NCBI GenBank assembly: GCA_001804285.1 | Contig: MHFR01000053.1 | Span: 79,857 to 143,856 of the forward strand | Origin: Candidatus Danuiimicrobium aquiferis | GTDB taxonomy: Bacteria; Omnitrophota; Omnitrophia; Omnitrophales; Danuiimicrobiaceae | Reading direction: 5' to 3' | Length of the DNA: 64,000 bases | Shown here: one piece after another, positions 21,178 to 32,254 of the stretch | How positions within the stretch are numbered: position 1 is the first letter of the stretch | How the letters are laid out: the number at the start of each line of letters is the position of its first letter | The notes under the pieces: generated by a model | Told to the model about the DNA's origin: nothing | What the model saw: only the letters and a program-made list of their open reading frames with translations | Databases searched by the model: none | Position numbers and translations under genes: made by a program

Positions 21178-21350
21178 ATCCTCCGCCAAAAAAAGTGGTC
21201 GGATCCGCCAACGCTTTAGTGGCGGACAATGACCAAGGAATTTTCAAATCACAAATCTCAAATATTGGGAGTTTGTGAATTAGGATTTCTTTGGACCTTG
21301 TCCGCCACAATGCACGGCGGATCCGCCATTTTGTTGGGTGGAGGATTTGG
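21178..21350. repeat. Intergenic repeat block (GGCGGATCCGCC...TTTAGTGGCGGACAATGACC ... GGCGGATCCGCCATTTTGTTGGGTGGAGG)
   Basis: The GGCGGATCCGCC(A)TTTTGTTGGGTGGA motif also occurs at 2345..2440, 18540..18600 and 34180..34240. Confidence 0.65.
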
Positions 21351-21357
21351 TAATTAA

Positions 21358-22011
21358 TCATTTTAACTTTACACCTTTTTTCGGGCACAGATCATTCACC
21401 ACACATCCCTCACATTTCGGCTTGCGGGCAACGCACGTTAAGCGGCCATGCCAAATGATGAGGTGGTTGACATCGACCCACTCTTTTTCAGGAATAATTT
21501 CATATAAATCAAATTCGATTTTTTCGGGATCGGTTTCTTCGGTGAATCCGAGGCGATACGAAAGCCGTATCATATGAGTATCTACTGCGATCCCGGGAAT
21601 TCCGTAGGCGTTCCCCAAAATCACGTTCGCAGTCTTACGGCCGACACCCGGAAGCGTCACCAGATATTCCATTCTATCGGGGACTTTCCCGTTGAATCGT
21701 TTGACTATTTCATTTGCGGCGCCGATAATATTTTTTGCCTTCGCTTTGTAAAATCCCGTCGAGCGAATTTCACTTTCAAACATTGCGGAATCCGCATCAG
21801 CATAATCACGCGCGGTTTTATATTTCTTAAACAAATCGGCCGTCACCATATTGACGCGCTTGTCGGTGCATTGAGCAGACAGGATCGTTGCTACTAAAAG
21901 TTCTGTCGGATTTTTAAAGACAAGTGCAATTTTCGCGTCTGGAATTTTTTTCTTAAGGCGCTTGATGATTTCATGCGCGCGTTTTCGTTTGGAGCGAATG
22001 GATTCAGGCAT
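21358..22011 (-). CDS. nth: Endonuclease III (DNA glycosylase/AP lyase)
   Basis: HhH-GPD region LPGVGRKTANVIL and C-terminal CVARKPKCEGCVVNDLC, a C-x6-C-x2-C-x5-C iron-sulfur loop. Confidence 0.85.
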   Translation of the reverse strand: MPESIRSKRKRAHEIIKRLKKKIPDAKIALVFKNPTELLVATILSAQCTDKRVNMVTADLFKKYKTARDYADADSAMFESEIRSTGFYKAKAKNIIGAANEIVKRFNGKVPDRMEYLVTLPGVGRKTANVILGNAYGIPGIAVDTHMIRLSYRLGFTEETDPEKIEFDLYEIIPEKEWVDVNHLIIWHGRLTCVARKPKCEGCVVNDLCPKKGVKLK

Positions 22012-22147
22012 TGTTCACCTTGGTTCTAAAATCCCAATGTCCAAGCACCCATGACCAAAGAAACCCCGAAGAATTAATGTCTCACGTTTGGATTTTGAAT
22101 TTGGTGTTTTTTGCGTCATTGCGATTTGGACATTGGACCTTTCTTCA

Positions 22148-23866
22148 TCATAATCTCCTCTTTCCCAGCCACTCTTCCACTTCCCCTGCCGTCATCGAAT
22201 TTAAAACATCTGATTTTTCGAGCCAGCCCTTGCGTGCGATCCCGACGCCATATTTCACGTCCTGCAATCCATGGACATCATGCGCATCCGGGTTGATACT
22301 CATCTTAAGCCCCATCGATTTTGCCAATTTCATATACCGCCAATCAAGATCAAGGCGGTGCGGATTGGCATTAATTTCGATGGCCACGTTATTCTTTTTT
22401 GCCACTTCAAATAATTTCTCATAATTGATCGCATACCCTTCGCGGGCAAGCAGCAATCGGCCCGTCGGGTGGCCCAAAAACGTCATCGCCGGATGTTCCA
22501 TCGCCCGGCAAATCCGGCGCGTCATTTCTTCTTCCGCTAAGTTCATCCGGCTATGAACGGACCCGATCACAAAATCAAGTTGCGCCAGCACCCGGTCCGG
22601 ATAATCAAGCGCACCGTCTCCGGAAATTTCGGATTCGATTCCCTGGAAAATTTTAATGTTTTCATATTTTTTTTGAAGCTTATCAATTTCTTTCCGCTGC
22701 GCTAAAATCCGGTCGGCAGAAAGCCCGTTTGCATAAAATGCGGATTTTGAATGCTCTGCGATTCCGATAAATTCGTATCCCATCTTTTCCGCCGCCGAAA
22801 TCATCTCTTCCAATGTCGACCGTCCGTCGCTGTAACTCGAGTGAACGTGAAAAATTCCGCGGATATCCTTCATTTCCAGGAGCTTCGGCAGTTTTCCTCC
22901 CCGCGCGATCCCGATTTCTCCCGTATTTTCCCTCAATTCGGGCGGAATGTATGAAAGGCCGAGAACTTTGAAAATATCTTCTTCATTTTTGCAAACTACG
23001 AGCTTTTCATTTTTAAAAATTCCGTATTCATTAATTTTATAATTCTGGCGTTTTGCAAGCGTTCGAACCGCAACATTGTGTTCTTTGCTGCCGGTAAAAT
23101 AATAAAGCGCGTACGGAAATTCCTGATCCGTCACCGTCCTGAGATCGGCCTGAACCCCGGACTTGAGAATCACGCTCGACTTGGTTTCCCCTTTGGCTAA
23201 AACTTGTTCTACTTCGCCGTAAGAAACAAATGCTTCGTGAACCGGTGCCGGATTTTTTGTACTCACTAAAACATCGATATCCCGGACCAATTCTTTTTTG
23301 CGCCTGAAACTGCCGGCCACTTCAATCCGGATAATTTCTTTCCGTTTTTTCAGGTAAGCGAGCAACTCACCGCTTTCTTCTTCGATTTGAGAAATCAGGA
23401 AATAACCTTTGTTCTTGTTGTAGTGTTTAATGGCCTCCAATATATTCGCTTGAGACTTTTCACCGAACCCTTCCAGCGCAAGCAAACGGTTTTCCTGGCA
23501 GGCATATTCAAGCTCTCCGATGCTTTTAATCCCCAGTTTGTCATATAATAGTTTGGCACGTTTGGAACCCAAACCCTGAATCTTCAGAAGATCCAAAAAA
23601 CCTTCAGGAAGCTCGCGGATTAATCCCTGATGATATTGACAAGAACCGGTATTAATAATTTCCGTAATTTTTTCAGAAAGGCCTTCGCCGATTCCTTTCA
23701 TTTCCCGCAATTTTCCGGCTCGCACCAACTCGCCAACGTCGCCGCCAATCCCGTCCACGACGCGTGCGCCGTTTTGATACGCCCGGACTTTAAAAGGATT
23801 TTCTCCTTTAATTTCAAGGAGAAGCGCGATTTCTTGGAGAATTTCTGAAATTTCTTTATTGGTCAT
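22148..23866 (-). CDS. polX: Family X DNA polymerase with C-terminal PHP phosphoesterase domain (PolX)
   Basis: N-terminus MTNKEISEILQEIALLLEIKGENPFKVRAYQNGARVV is typical of bacterial PolX. The PHP domain has GIFHVHSSYSDG. Confidence 0.8.
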   Translation of the reverse strand: MTNKEISEILQEIALLLEIKGENPFKVRAYQNGARVVDGIGGDVGELVRAGKLREMKGIGEGLSEKITEIINTGSCQYHQGLIRELPEGFLDLLKIQGLGSKRAKLLYDKLGIKSIGELEYACQENRLLALEGFGEKSQANILEAIKHYNKNKGYFLISQIEEESGELLAYLKKRKEIIRIEVAGSFRRKKELVRDIDVLVSTKNPAPVHEAFVSYGEVEQVLAKGETKSSVILKSGVQADLRTVTDQEFPYALYYFTGSKEHNVAVRTLAKRQNYKINEYGIFKNEKLVVCKNEEDIFKVLGLSYIPPELRENTGEIGIARGGKLPKLLEMKDIRGIFHVHSSYSDGRSTLEEMISAAEKMGYEFIGIAEHSKSAFYANGLSADRILAQRKEIDKLQKKYENIKIFQGIESEISGDGALDYPDRVLAQLDFVIGSVHSRMNLAEEEMTRRICRAMEHPAMTFLGHPTGRLLLAREGYAINYEKLFEVAKKNNVAIEINANPHRLDLDWRYMKLAKSMGLKMSINPDAHDVHGLQDVKYGVGIARKGWLEKSDVLNSMTAGEVEEWLGKRRL

Positions 23867-23907
23867 GTTGGGACTCTTGGATCATTACATTATTTGTTTC
23901 GCGTTTT

Positions 23908-23975
23908 GTCATTCCCGCGAAAGCGGGAATCCAGAGAAAATGCTGGATGCCCGCTTGAAGCGTGCGGGCATGACA
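23908..23975. repeat. MITE-like element GTCATTCCCGCGAAAGCGGGAATCCAGAG...GGATGCCCGCTTGAAGCGTGCGGGCATGACAC immediately upstream of polX
   Basis: Same family as 17217..17280. Confidence 0.75.
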
Positions 23976-24424
23976 CAAGTGAAAGTCAAAATATTAAACA
24001 GATACGATACATTTCTATCTGAAAACTGAGAACTGACAGCTATGTTTGAAATATAGTACTAAAAGTTGCCTGTGCTGACCACATAAAATATCCTTGCTTT
24101 CCTTTTTCGCAACATTATAATATATCACAGTTTGTGGATAAGTCTTGGCGTGTCATTTAGTCCGAGATAAAAAAATTCTGTACAATTTTTTTAAGATCTT
24201 TTTACCAACCAATTAACCCGACTTTCTCATCGATTTTGTAAATCGCCGAGAAAGTCGCTTTGGGCGCAATGAATTGCGACCAAAGTTTTGCGCCCTTATT
24301 GAATCAGGGCGCAAAAGATAAGCCCTGCGTCGCAAAGATACAAACCATCTTTGCACTGCAGCTCTTACGAGCAGAATTTCTTATTAACAATGAGAAAACC
24401 GGGCTAATCCTTGAGGAGGAAAAA

Positions 24425-24910
24425 ATGAAGAAGGTGTTGGCTTTAATCGTAATATGTTGTTTTATTCTTTCAATGTCACCAAACGTATATGCTAAAAGTC
24501 TTTGGGATATGGCCGCTTCACCTAAGTATGGTGAAAAAGCTTTGGGAATGTTCGGCCGCGGATTATTAAACGCTGCTTCCTGCTTTGTCGATATTCCAGT
24601 CGGAACAGTCAATGGAGCAAAAAGACAAAAACCTCAAATTTTTGGTGCTGTAGGCGGATTCGCAACCGGTTGTATGTGCGCAATTCTACGCGCGGCATCA
24701 GGCATCATTGACGTTGCCACATTCTGGGTCCCGGGATTTAACGGGATGCCGGTTTGCAGAACTTATGGCGATTGTCTTGAATGTTTTAATAAAGCGGAAG
24801 TGACTCCGATCGCTCAGCAAGCAATGCCTGCCTATCAGGGTGCAGCTCCTCAGGTTGTTTATCCGGACGCTTCGGTACCGGCAAACCGGATGAAATACGT
24901 TAAGAAATAA
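24425..24910 (+). CDS. Small secreted protein, tentatively exosortase-system-associated (TIGR04073-like) family
   Basis: GGAGG RBS precedes ATG 24425. Signal peptide MKKVLALIVICCFILSMSPNVYA. Pattern K.LG.FGRGLLN......IP...G....G...G...G is as I recall for that family. The track ORF 24260..24910 begins too far upstream. Confidence 0.5.
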   Translation: MKKVLALIVICCFILSMSPNVYAKSLWDMAASPKYGEKALGMFGRGLLNAASCFVDIPVGTVNGAKRQKPQIFGAVGGFATGCMCAILRAASGIIDVATFWVPGFNGMPVCRTYGDCLECFNKAEVTPIAQQAMPAYQGAAPQVVYPDASVPANRMKYVKK

Positions 24911-24938
24911 GAATCGGTTTTAAGAAGTTTCTAAAAAA

Positions 24939-24972
24939 GGACAAGCCGTTAATGGCTTGTCCTTTTTTATTT
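24939..24972 (+). terminator. Rho-independent terminator
   Basis: GGACAAGCC-GTTAAT-GGCTTGTCC hairpin followed by TTTTTTATTTT. Confidence 0.7.
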
Positions 24973-25055
24973 TACTCAGCTTTTTAAATACACAAGAGCA
25001 CAGGGACGCAAGAATTTCTTTACCCTGTGCGCTGGTGCCCATACGTGCTGAAAGG

Positions 25056-25102
25056 AAAAGGGGACAGGTTCTGGTTAATGGAGTCAGAACCTGTCCCCTT
25101 TT
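25056..25102. repeat. GGGGACAGGTTCTGGTTAATGGAGTCAGAACCTGTCCCC element, flanked upstream by GTGC(A/T)C(A/T)AG-type arms
   Basis: Near-identical to 19399..19447. Confidence 0.8.
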
Positions 25103-25108
25103 CTATTG

Positions 25109-25492
25109 TCACGCTGATGTTTGAATAAGTCGTGCGTTTTTATACTTGGAAATTAAAAAAGACAAATCTGCTTCCCCTGCCGCATTCGCCCTCGCAGCGG
25201 CATCATTTGGTCCTCGCCGCAACTGCGAGGACAGGTCGCCCGCATTGATTAATGCCTGCTTTGGCATTCTCAAATCGTTGCGGGCTTCCGCAAGGCTTGC
25301 CTGATGTTCTGAAGAATCCGCATTTAAAAGAAAATTTACCTGACCGGAGGGAATTTTAAGAAGGGTTCCCATATTAGGAATGGTTGCAAGCGTTGTCAAT
25401 GAATTGCTATCTTTTGAAGTCAGCATAGCAGAAAAAATCGTCAAACCGGCTATGATCACAAGAACCCTAAAAAAACGATTGCCCGTGCCCAT
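25109..25492 (-). CDS. Hypothetical membrane-anchored protein
   Basis: ORF with an N-terminal hydrophobic helix. No recognisable motif. Confidence 0.4.
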   Translation of the reverse strand: MGTGNRFFRVLVIIAGLTIFSAMLTSKDSNSLTTLATIPNMGTLLKIPSGQVNFLLNADSSEHQASLAEARNDLRMPKQALINAGDLSSQLRRGPNDAAARANAAGEADLSFLISKYKNARLIQTSA

Positions 25493-25591
25493 AACAAACT
25501 CTCCGGTTGTTATGCTTGGTCAATGAATCAATATGCTTGTTCAAATCTCAAAGGAAAAATATACCTGATTTAGCATTTTGAAGTTGACTAT

Positions 25592-25686
25592 AACCCCTCA
25601 CCCCTGCCCTCTCCGCTTCGCTACAAGGACTGCCTGTAAGAGTTTGGACTGCCCTCTCCCCGAAGGGAGAGGGTTAGGGTGAGGGA
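25592..25686. repeat. CCCCTCACCCCTGCCCTCTCC ... CCCTCTCCCCGAAGGGAGAGGGTTAGGGTGAGGG palindromic element
   Basis: Family shared with 18828..18870, 20994..21072 and 30614..30636. Confidence 0.75.
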
Positions 25687-25698
25687 AATTTAAGAAAC

Positions 25699-26076
25699 CT
25701 AAACTTCCGGAATCATTGTTTCGGGCGCGCAAAGAGGCTTCCAATCCCGCCCGGCCGGAGTATAAAACGTAAACAGATCAAAAAGCCCGGCAAAAAGTTG
25801 ACGGCCCGTGTCATACACTCCGGTCGCGAGCCCGACGGTCGGGCCTTTCCATGTCGCTAAATAAAAAGGCTCCGTTTCCGCACTGATTTGAATCACATCT
25901 TTAAAAACTTGGAACGGACTTCCGATCATATAGACAATCCCTCTGGAAAATTTATGAAGAGGACCTTTCGTCTCTGAAAGCTGATTTGAAAGTTGATCGG
26001 CATACGCACTGGACAGGAAAAAGAAAAACGTTAAAACAAGGACACCCACGAACCTCATGTTTTTCATCTGAATCAT
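25699..26076 (-). CDS. Small secreted protein, paralog-like to the 24425..24910 product (TIGR04073-like)
   Basis: Signal peptide followed by HKFSRGIVYMI...G....G...G.....G..DL.TF.TP. Confidence 0.45.
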   Translation of the reverse strand: MIQMKNMRFVGVLVLTFFFFLSSAYADQLSNQLSETKGPLHKFSRGIVYMIGSPFQVFKDVIQISAETEPFYLATWKGPTVGLATGVYDTGRQLFAGLFDLFTFYTPAGRDWKPLCAPETMIPEV

Positions 26077-26105
26077 AATGATCTCCTTTGTTAAAATGTC
26101 GGCGC

Positions 26106-26576
26106 TTATCTTGAAATCTTTAAAATTTTATATTTGATCACTCCGGCAGGTACCCTCGCTTCGGCGACCTCCCCTAACTGCCGCCCCAATAACGCGCGCG
26201 CGATCGGAGATTGAATTGAAATTTTTCCCTGTGCAATATCGGCTTCGTCTTCGGCCACCAACGTAAATTTGAGCGTATCGCCCGTATTTTCATTTTTCAC
26301 TTCGACAATTGTGCCGAAATAAACTTTGTCGGTTGGAGCATCCTGCGTATCGACCACTTTGGCACGGCCGAGCTTATCCTCAAGCATTTGAATTCTGGCT
26401 TCAAGCTGCTGCTTGGCCAATTTTGCGGCATCATATTCGGCATTTTCGCGCAAATCACCGTGCGCTCGCGCTTTTTCAAGCGCATTTGCCGCTTCTTTTC
26501 GCTTTGTTGATTTAAGAAAGCCAAGCTCCTCGCTTAGCTTTTGGAAACCTTCTTTCGTCAAAATGACCTGATCCAT
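26106..26576 (-). CDS. greA: Transcription elongation factor GreA
   Basis: N-terminal coiled coil with DLRENAEYDAAK, and a C-terminal FKBP-like domain with SIQSPIARALLGRQLGE. Confidence 0.9.
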   Translation of the reverse strand: MDQVILTKEGFQKLSEELGFLKSTKRKEAANALEKARAHGDLRENAEYDAAKLAKQQLEARIQMLEDKLGRAKVVDTQDAPTDKVYFGTIVEVKNENTGDTLKFTLVAEDEADIAQGKISIQSPIARALLGRQLGEVAEARVPAGVIKYKILKISR

Positions 26577-26734
26577 TAGTCGATCCTTCCTTCTCTAATT
26601 TTAATAAAATAAAACACTCTGATTTGTCTTGTCAGCTATAATCATCGGTCAATAAATCTATTATATGAATCCCTTTTTTCGATTGCAACCTTTCTGATAG
26701 AAGGAGAAAAACATCCGATGAGTGTTAGGCATTT

Positions 26735-26893
26735 TCCCTCCCCTTCGATGGGGGAGGTGAAGGTGGGGGTGATATTTAAGAATTCTCCCCCCATCCTCAC
26801 CTTCCCCCCTTGTGGGGGAAGGAAATTCGCGCATTCAACTTACGCTTCTCCGCCTTAGGCGGACAAGCGTAAGTTGAGCGCTCATTTGACTTT
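26735..26893. repeat. Two palindromic elements in the greA/queF divergent intergenic region: CCCCTTCGATGGGGGAGG...CCCCCCTTGTGGGGGAAGG, and TTCGCGCATTCAACTTACG...CGTAAGTTGAGCGCTCATTTGACTTT
   Basis: The second element recurs at 34236..34285. The first family recurs at 18470..18500 and 32215..32250. Confidence 0.7.
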
Positions 26894-26919
26894 CACATTA
26901 AAACCTTTACAATACCGCC

Positions 26920-27294
26920 ATGTCAACAAAACCCAATAAAAATCTCGAAGTTTTTCAGAACCCTTATTCACAAAGAAATTATGTCATCAATTTCGAATGT
27001 CCGGAATTCACCTGCCTGTGTCCCAAAACCGGCCAGCCCGATTTTGCGACGATCCGGATTGAATACATTCCGAATAAATTTTGCGTCGAATTAAAATCTC
27101 TTAAACTTTACCTTTGGTCCTACCGGAATGAAGGCACATTTCACGAAGCCGTGACGAATCAAATTCTCGATGATTTGGTCAAAGCCACAAAACCTCGCCG
27201 GATGAAAGTCGTCGGTGATTTCTATGTACGGGGAGGAATTCATACGGTGGTGACGGCGGAGTATTCGAAAAAAGCAGTAAGCACTCCGCAATAA
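26920..27294 (+). CDS. queF: NADPH-dependent 7-cyano-7-deazaguanine reductase QueF (type I)
   Basis: [24 protein letters not shown] contains the E-x-T-x-LCP-x-T-x-QPD motif. Confidence 0.9.
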   Translation: MSTKPNKNLEVFQNPYSQRNYVINFECPEFTCLCPKTGQPDFATIRIEYIPNKFCVELKSLKLYLWSYRNEGTFHEAVTNQILDDLVKATKPRRMKVVGDFYVRGGIHTVVTAEYSKKAVSTPQ

Positions 27295-27325
27295 GCAGTC
27301 CTATTTTATTTTTCCTGCCAACTGT

Positions 27326-28492
27326 TTACTGCCTTCTGCCTACCGGTTCCCGGTTTTCCCGATACGAACTATCCACCTTCACCGGTTTAAAGCCGGCGCG
27401 TTCGATCGATGAAATCAATTTTTTCTCATTTAAATCCAGTGGAACTTGACTTCCGGCTTCATGCATCACTTTCTCGTTCAAATTTGTTCCTCCGAAATCA
27501 TCAGCTCCGAATGCAAGTGCGACTTCAGCAAGTTTTAAATTAAACGCCGGCCAGTGAACTTTGATGTGAGGAATATTGTCGAAAAGAAGCCGCGAAACGG
27601 CAAATACTTTTAAATCCGTAAATCCGCCCGGTGTATCAATTTCTCCGAGCCGCGAATTTTTCGGATTGTATGGCATGGGAATAAACGCCTGAAACCCTTT
27701 TGTTTCGTCCTGAAGTTTCCGCAATCTTAAAATATGATCCACTCGATCCTTGGCCGATTCCAGATGCCCATAAAGCATCGCGCAGTTTGAAGGGATGCCG
27801 ATTCTGTGTGCGGTTTTATGAATCTCGAGCCATCGGGTGCTATTTGTTTTATGAGCGCAAATTTTTTGTCTGATCGCTTCATCAAATATTTCCGCCCCGC
27901 CGCCCGGGAGCGCGCCAAGCCCTGCGGACCGGAGCCGGACGAGAACTTCTTTGCAGGTTAAATCGGACCGCCGCGATAAATCATCAATTTCAACAGCGGT
28001 GAGCGCTTTAATCAAAACGGCCGGAGCGGCTTCGTGAATCGTACGAAACATTTCCAAGAAATAGTCAAAGTTTAAATCCGGATTCAATCCGCCGACAATA
28101 TGGACTTCATTAATTCGATATTTCTCATACGCTTGTTTTACCCGGTCCCTAATTTCCGGGATCGAAAACTGGTAGCCGCCCGCTTCACCGGGTTTGCGGG
28201 AAAACGCACAAAAGGAACAATGGGCCGTACAAATATTGGTGTAATTTAAATGTAAGTTAATCGAATAATAAACTCTCTTGCCGTGCAACCGCTCACGAAC
28301 GCGGTTGGCGAGAAAACCGAGAGAGTTGAGGTCGTTTGATTGAAATAGCCGGACGCCGTCCTCGAATGTCAGGCGCTCGTTGTTTTCGAGCCGGATTTGA
28401 ATGTCGTGAAGGTCTGCACCAAAAAAGGGGACAGGTTCTGCTTCAACGGAGTCAGAGCCTGTCCCCTTTTTTGCCCCTGTGCTCTTATGCAC
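27326..28492 (-). CDS. Radical SAM enzyme of the MqnC/MqnE family (futalosine-pathway menaquinone biosynthesis). The true start is uncertain.
   Basis: NYTNICTAHCSFCAF gives the CxxxCxFC cluster motif, and the overall length fits. The N-terminal 20-25 residues of the track ORF (KKGTGSDSVEAEPVPFF) are encoded by a MITE at 28421..28471. Confidence 0.7.
   Translation of the reverse strand: MHKSTGAKKGTGSDSVEAEPVPFFGADLHDIQIRLENNERLTFEDGVRLFQSNDLNSLGFLANRVRERLHGKRVYYSINLHLNYTNICTAHCSFCAFSRKPGEAGGYQFSIPEIRDRVKQAYEKYRINEVHIVGGLNPDLNFDYFLEMFRTIHEAAPAVLIKALTAVEIDDLSRRSDLTCKEVLVRLRSAGLGALPGGGAEIFDEAIRQKICAHKTNSTRWLEIHKTAHRIGIPSNCAMLYGHLESAKDRVDHILRLRKLQDETKGFQAFIPMPYNPKNSRLGEIDTPGGFTDLKVFAVSRLLFDNIPHIKVHWPAFNLKLAEVALAFGADDFGGTNLNEKVMHEAGSQVPLDLNEKKLISSIERAGFKPVKVDSSYRENREPVGRRQ
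28421..28471. repeat. GGGGACAGGTTCTGCTTCAACGGAGTCAGAGCCTGTCCCC element, followed by a GTGCTCTTATGCACTTGTGCTCCTGTGC arm
   Basis: Same family as 19399..19447. Confidence 0.8.
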
Positions 28493-28507
28493 TTGTGCTC
28501 CTGTGCT

Positions 28508-29575
28508 TTATTCTTTCCGTTTCTCTATTTCCTTAAACAACTCGTCGACCAATTCACTTTCCGGCACCACTCGCGCCTGTTTGCCGTGAACATAAATCAT
28601 TCCTTTGCCTTTTCCGCCGGTAATGCCGAAATCCGACTCCATCGCTTCGCCGGGGCCGTTGACCGCGCAGCCCATCACGGAAATCCGGACCGGTTCTTTG
28701 AGTTTGAGCGCGCGCGATTCCACTTCATTCGCAAGTTTAAACACGTCAATTTCCGCGCGGCCGCAGCGAGGGCACGCAATCACTTGCGCCCCGAATTTCC
28801 GGAGATTGAGGGATTCTAAAATAAAACGCGCCGCTTTAATTTCTTCAGTGGGTTCAGCCGACAGCGAAACGCGAATGGTATCGCCGATTCCTTCCTGAAG
28901 CAGCGTCCCCACTCCGATCGCATTCGCGACGGCACCTTTAAGAAGCGTTCCCGCTTCCGTGACGCCAACGTGAAGCGGATAATCAAATGTTTTTGAAGCA
29001 AGCCGGTAAGCTTCAATCGTAGTCAACACATCGCTTGATTTCATTGAAATGACAATATCGCTAAATCCATATTCTTCCAGAATCTCGACATGGCCTTTTG
29101 CGCTTTCAACAAGCGCTTTCGGCGTCGGGTGTTTATATTTCTCGAGAATTTCTTTCTCAAGCGATCCGCCGTTCACTCCGATCCGGATCGGAATGCCCCG
29201 TTCTTTTGCTTTTTTCACGATGACTTTCACGCGATTCCGCGCGCCAATATTTCCGGGATTGAGCCGAAGCTTATCGATTCCTTCTTCAAGCGCGATCAAC
29301 GCGTTTTCAAAATGGTATTGAATGTCAGCCACAAGCGGAATTTTGATTCTTGCCCGGATCTTACCGATCACCCTCGCATCTTCTTCCGTCAAACACGCAA
29401 CTCGCGCAATTTCACATCCGAGCTCCGTCATCTGCTGAATTTGATCAACCGTTTGAGCCACATCACGTGTCGGCGTGGTGCACATGGATTGAATGCGGAT
29501 GGGCGCACCGCCACCGATAGTCACAACCCCGACTTTTACCTGTTTCGTTTTTTTTCGCACCGTCATCCTCCGCAC
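28508..29575 (-). CDS. ispG: 4-hydroxy-3-methylbut-2-enyl diphosphate synthase IspG (GcpE)
   Basis: Full-length match to the IspG pattern, including C-terminal CPRCGR and GCAVNGPGE. Confidence 0.9.
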   Translation of the reverse strand: MRRMTVRKKTKQVKVGVVTIGGGAPIRIQSMCTTPTRDVAQTVDQIQQMTELGCEIARVACLTEEDARVIGKIRARIKIPLVADIQYHFENALIALEEGIDKLRLNPGNIGARNRVKVIVKKAKERGIPIRIGVNGGSLEKEILEKYKHPTPKALVESAKGHVEILEEYGFSDIVISMKSSDVLTTIEAYRLASKTFDYPLHVGVTEAGTLLKGAVANAIGVGTLLQEGIGDTIRVSLSAEPTEEIKAARFILESLNLRKFGAQVIACPRCGRAEIDVFKLANEVESRALKLKEPVRISVMGCAVNGPGEAMESDFGITGGKGKGMIYVHGKQARVVPESELVDELFKEIEKRKE

Positions 29576-30504
29576 ACCTCGAGCATCCGTTCGATCGGCG
29601 TGATCGCCCGCTTTTGGATTTCGGCCGATACTCTGATTTCATATTTCATATTCTCAAGCGACCACACAAGACTTTCGAGTGTATTTTGCTTCATATAATT
29701 ACAAAACGCCGTATCCGTCGCGGGAATAAATATTTTATCGGGGTGATCTTTTCTCAATTTATGAAGGAGTCCCGTTTCGGTGGCGATAATAAATTCGCTC
29801 GCCGTCGACTGATCAACGTACTTAATCATTCCGGCCGTCGATAAAATTTGATCGGCATATTTCATCGATTTCGTCAGGCACCCGCATTCCGGATGCATCA
29901 GAATTTCTGCCTTGGGATATTTTTTCTTGAGTGCCTCTAATTCTTCCGGCTGGATCATGACGTGGATATGACAATATCCGTTCCAAATCGTCATGTTCTC
30001 GCGCCCTGTTCTGATTTTGACATACGTCCCCAAATAATAATCCGGTATAAACAGAATATCCTTATCCTTCGGAAGTTTCTCTACCAATTTGACCGCATTC
30101 GCGGACGTGCAGCAGTAATCGGACTCAGCTTTAACATCGGCGGTCGAATTGACATAGGCAACCACAAGCCCGTCCGGGTGCGATTTCCGCCACACACGGA
30201 CTTCTTCCGGGTGAACCATGCTCGAAAGCGAGCAACCGGCCTCGAGGGAAGGAATTAAAACTGTTTTATCCGGACAAAGAATACTGGCCGTCTCGGCCAT
30301 AAAAAGAACACCGGAAAAAAGAATAACTTTCGCTTTTACCTTTTTCGCCTGCTGCGAGAGCGCCAGCGAATCGCCGACGAAATCCGCAACGTCCTGAATC
30401 CCGCCCACTTGATAATTATGGGCAAGAATCACCGCATCACGTTCTTTCTTGAGCGCCTGGATTTCTTCTTGAATGCTCCTATATATTTTTTTCGCCATAA
30501 ACAT
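29563..30504 (-). CDS. nadA: Quinolinate synthase NadA
   Basis: ILAHNYQ, FMAETA and HPEC motifs. Confidence 0.85.
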   Translation of the reverse strand: MFMAKKIYRSIQEEIQALKKERDAVILAHNYQVGGIQDVADFVGDSLALSQQAKKVKAKVILFSGVLFMAETASILCPDKTVLIPSLEAGCSLSSMVHPEEVRVWRKSHPDGLVVAYVNSTADVKAESDYCCTSANAVKLVEKLPKDKDILFIPDYYLGTYVKIRTGRENMTIWNGYCHIHVMIQPEELEALKKKYPKAEILMHPECGCLTKSMKYADQILSTAGMIKYVDQSTASEFIIATETGLLHKLRKDHPDKIFIPATDTAFCNYMKQNTLESLVWSLENMKYEIRVSAEIQKRAITPIERMLEVCGG

Positions 30505-30542
30505 TACCCCTTATGCCGTCATTGCGTACAACTTCACATTTT

Positions 30543-32065
<1,523 letters not shown>

Positions 32066-32254
32066 TTAATTTCGGGACGGTTCAATCGTAACCTCATTGA
32101 TCGCAATGGGTTATGGAAAATCATCCCCGCATTTGAAGATGTTCCTTGTTTTGAAAGTGTACTAAATCGTGCGGAATCTGTCTATCTTTTCCTAATGTAT
32201 GTAGGAATTGAGGATCAAATTTTCTTCCCCCCTCTGTGGGGGAAGAATAGTATC

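Noticed and set aside
26880-26919. preQ1 riboswitch upstream of queF
   Set aside because: The short leader (…CATTAAAACCTTTACAATACCGCC-ATG) shows no preQ1-I-like hairpin plus A-rich tail.
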